Assembly (NCBI GenBank): GCA_045601745.1
Contig: JAZSAH010000019.1
Location: 1-52,474 of the forward strand
Direction: 5' to 3'
Origin: Acutalibacteraceae bacterium
Lineage (GTDB): Bacteria; Bacillota; Clostridia; Oscillospirales; Acutalibacteraceae
Length of the DNA stretch: 52,474 bases
Shown here: positions 1 to 9,038 of the stretch, piece by piece
Position numbering within the stretch: the stretch's first letter is position 1
How the letters are laid out: every line of letters begins with the position of its first letter
Notes under the pieces: model-generated
Databases searched by the model: none
What the model was told of the DNA's origin: nothing
Seen by the model: only the letters and a program-made list of their open reading frames with translations
Program-made: the position numbers and the translations under genes

Positions 1-2
1 AA

Positions 3-89
3 AGGTCCGTTACATTATTTTTTAAAACAGAAAGTAAGAACAAAGATTTTATTTCAGAGATTGTTAATCTGAAATTAACAGTAATTTAA
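3..89 (+). CDS. Possible 3' end of a gene entering from the left edge (RSVTLFFKTESKNKDFISEIVNLKLTVI*)
   Basis: Open frame from the window edge to TAA at 87-89; no recognisable motif. Confidence 0.25.
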   Translation, partial: RSVTLFFKTESKNKDFISEIVNLKLTVI

Positions 90-136
90 TATGTTTATCT
101 ATAATTAAAAATATAATAATTTGAGGTGAATAAATC

Positions 137-631
137 ATGAAAAAATTTTGGATTGTTTTGCTGTCGATTATATTAGTTATCGTTTTACTACCAACTGTTT
201 TGCTGTTAAGTTTATGGGGCTACAAACATCAGAATTCACCGTTTGCTACTTTGCCCGATTATGAAAGCAAAGAATATTATACTTCCGGCGGTTTTCAGGA
301 TTTTACCGATTATGCTGAATATACTTATGACGGAATTACACCGCAAGACCTTGAATCCTCAAAATATTTTACAATAACAACCGTTGAGGATGTTGAAGAA
401 ATCCTACTGCATATAAATAACTTTGAAAAAAGGGTTAAGGCGTGTGGCGGTGAACTCACGGAAAACTACGACTTTGATAAAACCATTGTAACCGATGGAG
501 ATTATTTTTATATAAAGTCAAAACACGGTGAACCAATAGGTCAGGGAACATATGATAAATTTGATAATTATAATGTTTACTATTTTGATGTTGACAAACA
601 AATTCTTTATTATTTTCATAGCAATATCTGA
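137..631 (+). CDS. Hypothetical N-terminally membrane-anchored/exported protein
   Basis: GAGGTG SD; MKK plus long hydrophobic segment, then acidic Tyr-rich soluble domain. Confidence 0.75.
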   Translation: MKKFWIVLLSIILVIVLLPTVLLLSLWGYKHQNSPFATLPDYESKEYYTSGGFQDFTDYAEYTYDGITPQDLESSKYFTITTVEDVEEILLHINNFEKRVKACGGELTENYDFDKTIVTDGDYFYIKSKHGEPIGQGTYDKFDNYNVYYFDVDKQILYYFHSNI

Positions 632-687
632 TTATTTATCTCTCAAAGAATTAACATTTTATCTATAAAAATTTTTTGATTTTTGTC

Positions 688-716
688 TTGACTTTTCAAT
701 TATACAGGAATATAAT
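688..716 (+). promoter_or_regulatory. SigA promoter of the aro leader/operon
   Basis: TTGACT(688-693)-17 nt-TATAAT(711-716). Confidence 0.8.
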
Positions 717-747
717 TGAAAAAAATTCAGAACAAAGGAAAGTTTTT

Positions 748-858
748 ATGTTCTCAGTGCTTTCGAATGCAAGTATATTTTTCTTTTGCTTTAGCGTAGT
801 CTTTTATTTTGGCTATGCTTATTTTGCTATGGAAAAAGTTACTTGTGAGAGTGCGTAA
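748..858 (+). CDS. Phe/Tyr-rich attenuator leader peptide, 36 aa (MFSVLSNASIFFFCFSVVFYFGYAYFAMEKVTCESA)
   Basis: AAAGGA SD 734-739, ATG 748; 8 Phe + 3 Tyr, 10 of them within residues 11-26; lies between the promoter and a terminator upstream of pheA. Confidence 0.75.
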   Translation: MFSVLSNASIFFFCFSVVFYFGYAYFAMEKVTCESA

Positions 859-917
859 AAAATATTCGGAATTTGTTTTAGATTATTCTGAAAGTATTTT
901 AAATCCTCACTTGTAAC
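838..917 (+). promoter_or_regulatory. Antiterminator pairing of the attenuator
   Basis: GTTACTTGTGAG(838-849) pairs 10/12 with CTCACTTGTAAC(906-917), the 5' arm and loop of the terminator. Confidence 0.65.
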
Positions 918-940
918 ATTCAAGTGAGGATTTTTTGTTT
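901..940 (+). terminator. Attenuator intrinsic terminator upstream of pheA
   Basis: 13-bp perfect stem AAATCCTCACTTG / CAAGTGAGGATTT, 7-nt loop, followed by TTTGTTT. Confidence 0.85.
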
Positions 941-956
941 GAAAGGATGCTCATAT

Positions 957-2045
957 ATGTCTGATAAATTAAACGAAGCAAGAGATATTATCAACAGAGT
1001 CGATTCTGAGATGGCAAAATTATTTGTTGAAAGAATGCGTGCTTCAGAAATGGTTTTTGAACACAAAAAAGAATTCGGACTTCCTGTTTCAGATTCAAAA
1101 AGAGAAGAAATCGTCATAAGGAATAATTCTTCTGTGATCGATGATGAAATAATAAAGGGTTATTATATTGATTACATTAAAAATGTTATGAACATTTCAT
1201 GTGCATATCAATATCGCTTGCAAAACGGACTTAAAGTTGCTTACAGCGGAGTTGAAGGTGCGTTTGCTCATATTGCTGCAGGAAGAATATTTCCCGAAAG
1301 CAACAGAATTTCATTCCGAGATTTCAAATCGGCATATGATTCCGTTCTGAACGGTGAAACGGATTTAGCGTTGCTTCCTATTGAAAACAGCTATGCAGGT
1401 GAAGTCGGACAGACAATTGATCTAATATTTTCGGGAAGTTTATTCATCAACGGTATATATGAACTTGAAATACATCAGAATCTTCTCGGAGTTCCCGGTT
1501 CGAATGTTGACGATATCAAAAAAGTTATAAGTCATCCGCAGGCACTCGGTCAATGCCATGATTATATAAAATTCCGCGGATATGATGTTTCGGAAGCTGA
1601 AAACACGGCAATCGCCGCAAAATCAGTTGCCGAAAAGAACGACAAATCTTTGGCGGCAATTGCAAGCGCTGAAACTGCAGAGATTTATGGTCTTAAGATT
1701 CTTGAAGCAAATATCAATAAAAGCGGAGAAAACACAACACGTTTCGCCGTTCTTTCAAAAGTAAAAGCGGAAACACCGTCGTTTACAAGTTCCGTTCTGA
1801 TGTTCACCGTCAAAAACGAAGCAGGTTCTCTTGCAAATGCAATCAGTATTATCGGTAAATACGGCTATAATATGACGGCACTCAGAAGCAGACCTCTCAA
1901 AAAGCATTCATGGCAGTATTATTTCTATATTGAAATTGACGGTACAATAAACAGCGAAGATGGTCAGAAAATGATAGCGGAATTAAATAATGTATGTGAT
2001 AAATTTAAAATTGCAGGCACATTTGCACCTCACACAGAGATATAG
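957..2045 (+). CDS. pheA: Bifunctional chorismate mutase / prephenate dehydratase with ACT domain
   Basis: GAAAGGA SD and ATG 957; N-terminal CM domain (RDIINRVDSEMAKLFVERM), PIENS, SHPQALGQC, NTTRF, C-terminal ACT. Confidence 0.92.
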   Translation: MSDKLNEARDIINRVDSEMAKLFVERMRASEMVFEHKKEFGLPVSDSKREEIVIRNNSSVIDDEIIKGYYIDYIKNVMNISCAYQYRLQNGLKVAYSGVEGAFAHIAAGRIFPESNRISFRDFKSAYDSVLNGETDLALLPIENSYAGEVGQTIDLIFSGSLFINGIYELEIHQNLLGVPGSNVDDIKKVISHPQALGQCHDYIKFRGYDVSEAENTAIAAKSVAEKNDKSLAAIASAETAEIYGLKILEANINKSGENTTRFAVLSKVKAETPSFTSSVLMFTVKNEAGSLANAISIIGKYGYNMTALRSRPLKKHSWQYYFYIEIDGTINSEDGQKMIAELNNVCDKFKIAGTFAPHTEI

Positions 2046-2056
2046 GAGTTTCATAT

Positions 2057-3070
2057 ATGATTATACATTTAGACTTAAATGAAAAAAGTTATGATATCAT
2101 TGTTGAAAGAAATATTATCAAGAAAGCGGCAGAACACCTCAATTTAAACAGAAGAGTTCTTGTTGTAACCGATTCAGGTGTTCCTGAAGTATATTCAAAA
2201 ACAATTGCCGCACAATGCAAAGAACCGTATATTGTTACCGTTGATTCGGGTGAATCTTCAAAAAGCATGGACTCTTTTAAAACACTTCTTGAAACAATGC
2301 TTGAAAACGGTTTTTCGAGAAAAGACTGTGTTGTTGCGGTCGGCGGCGGAGTAGTAGGAGATCTTTCAGGGTTTACTGCTTCGGCATATATGAGGGGCGT
2401 TGATTTTTACAATATACCCACAACGCTTCTTTCGCAGATTGACTCCTCCATCGGCGGAAAAACGGCTATAAATTTCGGCGGCATCAAAAATATAGTCGGA
2501 GCTTTTTATCAGCCGAAAAAAGTTCTTATTGATCCCGAACTTCTGAAAACTCTTCCCGAAAGACAATTTTCAAACGGTCTTGCCGAAGCAGTTAAAATGT
2601 CTCTGACATCAGACAGCGAACTGTTTGATATATTCGAAAACAAGAGCATTGATGATAATATTGATGAAATTATTATCCGTTCACTGAATATTAAAAAGGC
2701 AGTTGTTGAACAGGATGAAAAAGAAACCGGTCTCAGAATGATACTCAATTTCGGACATACAATTGGTCACGGCATAGAAAGCAGCGGAAACATGACTGAA
2801 CTTTATCACGGAGAATGCGTTGCGCTTGGATTAATACCGATGTGCGATGAAAAAATCAGACCGAGAGTTATAAAAGTTCTCAGGAAATGTAACCTTTATA
2901 ATTTGATAGAATTTGATTGGAATAAAATCGGCGAAGCGGCATTTCATGATAAAAAAGCTGACGGAGATTTCGTTAAAGTGACGACGGTCAATGACATCGG
3001 TACTTATGAAATCAAAACTATGAAGTGCAGTCAGTTAATTGAAATTGCCGAAAAGAGTCTTAGAGGGTGA
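2057..3070 (+). CDS. aroB: 3-dehydroquinate synthase
   Basis: GGGVVGDLSGF, PTTLLSQIDSSIGGKT, LNFGHTIGH, HGECV. Confidence 0.96.
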   Translation: MIIHLDLNEKSYDIIVERNIIKKAAEHLNLNRRVLVVTDSGVPEVYSKTIAAQCKEPYIVTVDSGESSKSMDSFKTLLETMLENGFSRKDCVVAVGGGVVGDLSGFTASAYMRGVDFYNIPTTLLSQIDSSIGGKTAINFGGIKNIVGAFYQPKKVLIDPELLKTLPERQFSNGLAEAVKMSLTSDSELFDIFENKSIDDNIDEIIIRSLNIKKAVVEQDEKETGLRMILNFGHTIGHGIESSGNMTELYHGECVALGLIPMCDEKIRPRVIKVLRKCNLYNLIEFDWNKIGEAAFHDKKADGDFVKVTTVNDIGTYEIKTMKCSQLIEIAEKSLRG

Positions 3071-3071
3071 A

Positions 3072-4169
3072 ATGATGAAAAACACATTCGGAAACAGCGT
3101 GGCAATAACATTATTCGGTGAAAGCCACGGTGAATTTATCGGCGCAGTTCTTGACGGAATTGCACCCGGAATAGAAATTGACAGAGATTATATTGAAAAT
3201 ATGCTCGCTCAGCGTCGTCCCGAGGGAAAGATTTCCACATCAAGAAAAGAAAAAGATGAGTTCAGAATCATCAGCGGTGTCATTAACGGAAAAACAACGG
3301 GAACTCCTTTGACAATTCTAATTCCAAATGAAAATATCAACAGCTCAGATTATGCGGAACTCAAAACAGTTACAAGACCTTCTCATGCCGATTATACCGC
3401 ACAGTGCAAATATCACGGCTTTCAGGATTCAAGAGGCGGAGGGCATTTCAGCGGAAGGATAACTGCAGCTCTTGTTGCTGCAGGAGCAATATGCAAATCT
3501 GCTCTTGAAAATAAAAACATTTTTATCGGAACTCATCTGAAGAAATGCGGCGGAATTTCTGACAGGGATTTCAGCGATTTAAACTCAGATATACTGAGTT
3601 TAAACAAAAAAACTTTTGCAGTGCTTGATGAAACTATTGAAGATGAAATGAAAAAAAGGATAATTGAAGCCGCAGAAGACGGCGACAGTGTCGGCGGAAT
3701 TCTTGAAACTGCAATAATCGGAATGCCCGAAGGGGCGGGGGAGCCCTTTTTTGATTCTGTCGAAAGCCAGATTTCTCACATGATGTTTTCAATTCCAGCA
3801 GTCAAAGGGATTGAGTTCGGTGTCGGTTTCGGTTTTTCAGATATGAAGGGCAGCTTTGCAAACGACCCATTAATGATAACCAATAACAAAATCGTTACTG
3901 AAACAAATAATAACGGAGGAATAAACGGCGGTATAACAAACGGAATGCCGGTTGTTTTCCGAACCGTAATAAAGCCCACCCCAACCATATTCAAACAGCA
4001 GAAAACAGTTGATTTTAAAAACATGACAGAAACCCTTATTGAACCGAAAGGCAGACATGACCCTGCAATTGTTCACAGGGCAAGAGTTGTTCAGGATGCT
4101 GCAACAGCTATTGTTATGTGCGATATTCTTGCAATGCGTTTCGGAACGGATTGGATAAATGAATTATGA
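3072..4169 (+). CDS. aroC: Chorismate synthase (start 3072 or 3075)
   Basis: FGESHG, RPSHAD, RGGGHFSGR, NNNGGINGGITNG, GRHDP. Confidence 0.96.
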   Translation: MMKNTFGNSVAITLFGESHGEFIGAVLDGIAPGIEIDRDYIENMLAQRRPEGKISTSRKEKDEFRIISGVINGKTTGTPLTILIPNENINSSDYAELKTVTRPSHADYTAQCKYHGFQDSRGGGHFSGRITAALVAAGAICKSALENKNIFIGTHLKKCGGISDRDFSDLNSDILSLNKKTFAVLDETIEDEMKKRIIEAAEDGDSVGGILETAIIGMPEGAGEPFFDSVESQISHMMFSIPAVKGIEFGVGFGFSDMKGSFANDPLMITNNKIVTETNNNGGINGGITNGMPVVFRTVIKPTPTIFKQQKTVDFKNMTETLIEPKGRHDPAIVHRARVVQDAATAIVMCDILAMRFGTDWINEL

Positions 4170-5413
4170 AAAAATACGGATGTATAGGCAAAAAATTAAC
4201 TCACAGTTTTTCAAAAGAAATTCACGCAAAGCTTGCAGATTATGATTATGAACTCATTGAACTTAACGAGGACGAAATTGAATCATTTTTTGTCAAAAAG
4301 AATTTCAAAGCCATAAATGTGACTATACCTTATAAACAGACGGTTATTCCTTATCTCGATTCTTTGAGTGATATTGCAAAAAGGATAGGTGCCGTTAATA
4401 CAATAGTCAATAATAACGGTAAACTTTACGGATTTAATACCGACTATTTCGGTATGAAGGCTCTTGTTGAAAAACTTGACATTGATTTATCCGGAAAGAA
4501 GGTTCTGATTCTCGGAACAGGAGGAACAAGCAAAACAGCATCAGTTTTGTCGGAGGATCTCGGTGCCGACCCTATAATTACAGTCAGCAGAAGAAAATCC
4601 GAAAAATATATTACTTATGAAGAAGCATTAAGAGCTCATTCGGATGCGGATTTTATATTCAACACAACTCCTTCGGGAATGTTTCCCGACTGCGATTCAA
4701 AACCAATCGATATTTCCGCATTCAAAAATCTGAAAGGTGTTGTTGATGCTGTATATAATCCGCTTTGCTCAAATCTTGTTCTTGATGCAAAGGAAAAGGG
4801 GATAAAGGCAGAAGGCGGATTGTATATGCTTGTCATGCAGGCTGTTGTTGCGGTCGAAAAATTTCTTGATACCGAAATTTCCAAAACAGTCGCAGATGAT
4901 GTTTTTGCTTCAGTTCTTGCTTCTAAAGAAAATATCGTTTTGACCGGAATGCCCGGAAGCGGAAAAAGCACCGTCGGAAAACTTCTTGCTGTTGACGGTT
5001 TCTTTTTTATTGACACAGATGAAGAAATAGAGAAAAGATGCGGTTGTTCAATAAAAGAACTTATTAATCAAAAAGGTGAAAAGTATTTCCGAGACATCGA
5101 AACCGAAGTAATTAAAGATATCTCATCAAAAGGAAGCAGGATAATATCAACCGGCGGAGGAGCGATTTTGCGAGAAGAAAATGTTCGTTCTCTGAAAAGG
5201 AACGGAAAACTGTATTTTATAAACGCTGATGTTGAAAGACTTTCTCCGACAGACAGCAGACCTCTTTCGGACACATCCGAAAAGATAAGAAAAATTTATA
5301 ATGAAAGAATTGATATTTACAAAAATACCGCCGATGTTATTGTTCCCGATTCGGGAACGCCGGAGGAAGAAGCAGAGTATATCATAAAAGCAAGAACGGA
5401 GCTGATAATATGA
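4166..5413 (+). CDS. aroE: Fused shikimate dehydrogenase / shikimate kinase
   Basis: N-terminal HSFS, NVTIPYK, GAVNT, NTDYFG, GTGGT; C-terminal Walker A GMPGSGKST, DTD, GEKYFR, STGGG, RPL. Confidence 0.92.
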   Translation: MKKYGCIGKKLTHSFSKEIHAKLADYDYELIELNEDEIESFFVKKNFKAINVTIPYKQTVIPYLDSLSDIAKRIGAVNTIVNNNGKLYGFNTDYFGMKALVEKLDIDLSGKKVLILGTGGTSKTASVLSEDLGADPIITVSRRKSEKYITYEEALRAHSDADFIFNTTPSGMFPDCDSKPIDISAFKNLKGVVDAVYNPLCSNLVLDAKEKGIKAEGGLYMLVMQAVVAVEKFLDTEISKTVADDVFASVLASKENIVLTGMPGSGKSTVGKLLAVDGFFFIDTDEEIEKRCGCSIKELINQKGEKYFRDIETEVIKDISSKGSRIISTGGGAILREENVRSLKRNGKLYFINADVERLSPTDSRPLSDTSEKIRKIYNERIDIYKNTADVIVPDSGTPEEEAEYIIKARTELII

Positions 5414-5838
5414 AAATTCTTGTTATTAACGGACCGAACATCAATATGCTCGGAATTAGAGAACCTGAGCATTACGGAAAAGAAACATATACGGAGCTTG
5501 TTGAAAAAATCCGTAATCATTGTGAGAAGAAGAACATAGAAGTTAACATTTTCCAATCAAATCATGAGGGAGATCTTGTTGACGAAATCCAGAATGCCTA
5601 CGGTAAAACTGACGGAATTGTTATAAATCCGGGTGCATATACTCACACAAGCATTGCAATTCTTGATGCTGTAAAATCTGTCGGAATTCCAACCGTTGAA
5701 GTTCACATTTCAAAGGTTGAAGAAAGAGAGGATTTCAGACAGATAAGCTATATCCGCCTTGCCTGCGTCAAAACAATAACAGGTCACGGAACAGACGGCT
5801 ATCTTGAAGCTGTTGACTATCTGACAGAAGGTAAATAA
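5410..5838 (+). CDS. aroQ: Type II 3-dehydroquinate dehydratase
   Basis: NGPNINMLGIREPEHYG, QSNHEG, INPGAYTHTS, EVHIS. Confidence 0.96.
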   Translation: MKILVINGPNINMLGIREPEHYGKETYTELVEKIRNHCEKKNIEVNIFQSNHEGDLVDEIQNAYGKTDGIVINPGAYTHTSIAILDAVKSVGIPTVEVHISKVEEREDFRQISYIRLACVKTITGHGTDGYLEAVDYLTEGK

Positions 5839-5839
5839 T

Positions 5840-7039
5840 ATGAAAGCAATTTTTAAACCGTGCACCCTGAAAGGTATAGCGGATGCTCCGCCGTCAAAAA
5901 GCATGGCACACAGATATCTTATCGGAGCTGCACTGTCAAAAGAGAAATGTATTATTTCAGGCATTGATTACAGCGAAGATATCCTTGCAACGATTGATTG
6001 TCTGAAGGCTCTGGGAGCAGAAATTCAAATTGAAAACGATACCGTGACAGTTAATCCCGAGTATTTTATGAAACCAACATCAACCGTTCTTAACTGCAGA
6101 GAAAGCGGAAGTACGCTCAGGTTTTTCATTCCTCCCGCATTGTGTCTCGGTAAAGAAATAACTTTACAAGGAAGTCCGAGGTTATTTGAAAGACCCCTTG
6201 ATGTTTATGAAAAACTATGCATTGAAAACAACTTTGAATTCATTAAAAGGGATAATTCCGTAACTGTCTGCGGAAACCTGAAAAGCGGAAGATATGTTAT
6301 AAACGGCGATATTAGCAGTCAGTTTATTACAGGTCTCATTTTCGCACTCATATATCTGGGAGAAGATGCTTTAATCCGTGTCCTGCCTCCTTTTGAAAGC
6401 AGGTCATATGTAAATCTTACAATATCGGCATTAAATGCATTCGGAGCAGATATCCGGTTTGAAGATGAATTCAATATTAAAATCAGAAAGTCCCGTCTAC
6501 ATTCCTATTCGGGTTTCGTTGAGGGCGATTATTCAAATGCGGCTTTTCTTGATGCATTTAATTATATCGGTTCCGATGTTGAAATAAAAAATCTTAATGC
6601 TGACAGTCTGCAAGGTGACAGAATTTATAAAGAATATTTTGAAAAAATTTCAGAAGGTACTCCGACTCTTGATATCTCTGATTGCCCCGATCTCGGTCCT
6701 GTTCTTATTGCGCTTGCATCATTGAAAAACGGTGCAATTCTCAACGGAACCGACCGCCTTAAAATAAAAGAAAGTGACCGGGGACAGACAATGCATGAAG
6801 AACTTATTAAGCTTGGCGGAGGACTGATTTTCGAAAACAACAAAATAATTGTTCCGAAACAGGAATTCCGGAATGATATCGTTGTTAACGGACACAATGA
6901 TCATCGCATTGTTATGGCTCTGTCGCTGATTCTTTCAAAATACGGCGGAACCGTTGAAGGCGCGGAAGCTGTCAGAAAAAGTTATCCCGGTTTTTTTGAC
7001 GATATAAAAAAACTCGGTGCAGAGGTAAAATCAGAATGA
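5840..7039 (+). CDS. aroA: EPSP synthase
   Basis: PPSKSMAHR, ESGSTLRF, ISSQF, GDYS, KESDR, DHRIVM, KSYPGF. Confidence 0.95.
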   Translation: MKAIFKPCTLKGIADAPPSKSMAHRYLIGAALSKEKCIISGIDYSEDILATIDCLKALGAEIQIENDTVTVNPEYFMKPTSTVLNCRESGSTLRFFIPPALCLGKEITLQGSPRLFERPLDVYEKLCIENNFEFIKRDNSVTVCGNLKSGRYVINGDISSQFITGLIFALIYLGEDALIRVLPPFESRSYVNLTISALNAFGADIRFEDEFNIKIRKSRLHSYSGFVEGDYSNAAFLDAFNYIGSDVEIKNLNADSLQGDRIYKEYFEKISEGTPTLDISDCPDLGPVLIALASLKNGAILNGTDRLKIKESDRGQTMHEELIKLGGGLIFENNKIIVPKQEFRNDIVVNGHNDHRIVMALSLILSKYGGTVEGAEAVRKSYPGFFDDIKKLGAEVKSE

Positions 7040-7893
7040 TAGTTAATGTTAATAAAAAAATTCTCATAGTCGGACTCGGACTTTTGGGAGGAAGTTATGC
7101 GAGAGTATTAAAAAGATTCGGATTTCATATAAGTGCTATTACAAAGGAGCAAAGTTCGATTGATTACGCTTTAAGTGAAAAGATTATTGACGAAGGTTCA
7201 ACAGAGCTTGATAAACGGATGATCGGTGATGCAGATATAGTCATTTTTGCATTGTATCCACACATCTTTGTTGAATGGATAGAGAATAATCAGAATCTTT
7301 TAAAAAGCGGAGCGCTTATAACGGATGTAACCGGTGTCAAATGCAGTATTGTTTACAAGGTTCAGGAAATGCTTCGCCCCGATGTTGAGTTTATAGCTGC
7401 ACATCCCATGGCAGGGCGTGAGGTTTCCGGCGTTGAAAACAGCACAGATAAGTTATTTGCCGGCGCAAATTATATTGTTACTCCGACTGATAAAAACACT
7501 GCCGAAGCAATTAACACCTGTATGGAACTCGGAAGATTGCTCGGATTTTCAAATGTCACTTCTCTTTCACCTGAAGAACATGATGAAATGATCGGTTTTC
7601 TTTCGCAGCTTACTCACTGTATTGCCATTACATTGATGACCTGCAATGATAAAGAAAACATGGAAAAGTTTACGGGCGATTCATTCCGTGATCTTACCCG
7701 TATCGCGCGAATTAATGATTTAATGTGGAGCGAGCTTTTCATAGAAAACAAAACTGCACTTCTTGAACAAATGAATCTTTTTATAAATAAGTTCAATGAA
7801 CTTAAATCCATGCTTGAAAATGATGATGTTGAATCAATGAGAACCATGATGCGTCATTCAACCGAGCGAAGAGCATTGTTTGATAAAAAATAG
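7036..7893 (+). CDS. tyrA: Prephenate/arogenate dehydrogenase
   Basis: GLGLLGGS, TDVTGVK, HPMAGRE, EEHD, GDSFRDLTRIA. Confidence 0.93.
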   Translation: MIVNVNKKILIVGLGLLGGSYARVLKRFGFHISAITKEQSSIDYALSEKIIDEGSTELDKRMIGDADIVIFALYPHIFVEWIENNQNLLKSGALITDVTGVKCSIVYKVQEMLRPDVEFIAAHPMAGREVSGVENSTDKLFAGANYIVTPTDKNTAEAINTCMELGRLLGFSNVTSLSPEEHDEMIGFLSQLTHCIAITLMTCNDKENMEKFTGDSFRDLTRIARINDLMWSELFIENKTALLEQMNLFINKFNELKSMLENDDVESMRTMMRHSTERRALFDKK

Positions 7894-7909
7894 TTTGGAG
7901 GCTGTAAAA

Positions 7910-8938
7910 ATGAACATGAATTTCAAAAGAAAATTACCAATCCCGATGGATATAAAAGCTCAGTATCCGCTTACCGCAGAGCTTGAAGCAATAAAAGTTA
8001 AAAGAGATGAAGAAATCAAGGCTGTTTTTGAGAGCAGAGATGACAGATTCATTCTTATCATCGGTCCGTGTTCGGCAGATAATGATGACAGCGTTATCGA
8101 TTATATTTCAAGGCTCAGAACAGTTCAGGAAAAGGTTTCCGATAAGATTCTGATTATTCCGAGAATTTATACGAATAAACCTCGTACAACAGGCGACGGA
8201 TACAAAGGAATGCTTCATCAGCCTGACCCTCATAAAGGTGAGGATATGCTGAAGGGAGTTGTTGCAATCAGAAATCTTCATATCAGAGCAATGCATGAAA
8301 CGGGATTCACTTGTGCTGACGAGATGCTTTATCCCGAGAACTACAGATACCTTTCAGATGTTCTTTCGTATGTTGCAATCGGTGCAAGGTCAGTTGAAAA
8401 TCAGCAGCATCGCCTTACCGCAAGCGGATTTGATATTCCGGTCGGCATGAAAAACCCCACAGCAGGCGATATTTCCGTTATGATGAATTCGATAACGGCT
8501 GCTCAGCATTCCCATACATTTATTTACAGAGGATGGGAAGTTGAAAGCACGGGAAATCCGCTTGCTCATGCGATTCTCAGAGGATATGTCAATAAGCACG
8601 GACAGTCAATGCCGAATTATCATTACGAGGATCTTATTCATCTTGCAGAAATATATGATAAATCGGGACTCATGAATCCTGCTGTCATTATTGATACAAA
8701 CCATGCAAACTCGGGTAAAAAATGGATGGAACAACCGAGAATCGCAAAGGAAGTTCTTCACAGCTGCCGCCATTCTGATGATGTAAAAAAATTAGTAAAA
8801 GGTCTTATGATTGAAAGCTATATTGAAGACGGTGCGCAGAAGCCTGAAGAAACAATTTACGGAAAATCAATAACAGATCCCTGTCTTGGCTGGGATAAAA
8901 CCGAAAGACTGATTCTCGATCTTGCGGACATACTTTGA
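7910..8938 (+). CDS. aroF: Class I DAHP synthase (3-deoxy-7-phosphoheptulonate synthase)
   Basis: GGAGG SD, ATG 7910; IIGPCS, KPRT, GYKG, IGARS, MKNPT, HANS, SITDPC. Confidence 0.93.
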   Translation: MNMNFKRKLPIPMDIKAQYPLTAELEAIKVKRDEEIKAVFESRDDRFILIIGPCSADNDDSVIDYISRLRTVQEKVSDKILIIPRIYTNKPRTTGDGYKGMLHQPDPHKGEDMLKGVVAIRNLHIRAMHETGFTCADEMLYPENYRYLSDVLSYVAIGARSVENQQHRLTASGFDIPVGMKNPTAGDISVMMNSITAAQHSHTFIYRGWEVESTGNPLAHAILRGYVNKHGQSMPNYHYEDLIHLAEIYDKSGLMNPAVIIDTNHANSGKKWMEQPRIAKEVLHSCRHSDDVKKLVKGLMIESYIEDGAQKPEETIYGKSITDPCLGWDKTERLILDLADIL

Positions 8939-8954
8939 GCAGGGGAGAACAAAC

Positions 8955-8997
8955 AAGTGCAACGGAGTTAAATTCTGTTGCACTTTTCTGTTTTTTT
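8955..8997 (+). terminator. Intrinsic terminator of the aro operon, overlapping the next promoter
   Basis: AAGTGCAACGGA / TCTGTTGCACTT stem plus T tract; TTGCAC(8978)-17-TATAAT(9001) overlaps it. Confidence 0.75.
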
Positions 8998-9038
8998 ATG
9001 TATAATTAAAAAGAAATATAAATAATTGGGGTGAAGAA

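Noticed and set aside
676-747. 5' extension of the 60-aa ORF 676-858
   Set aside because: It overlaps the -35/-10 promoter; the SD-supported start is ATG 748
720-940. T-box riboswitch upstream of pheA
   Set aside because: No GGTGGNACCGCG-like T-box sequence or specifier stem visible; the leader-peptide model explains the region
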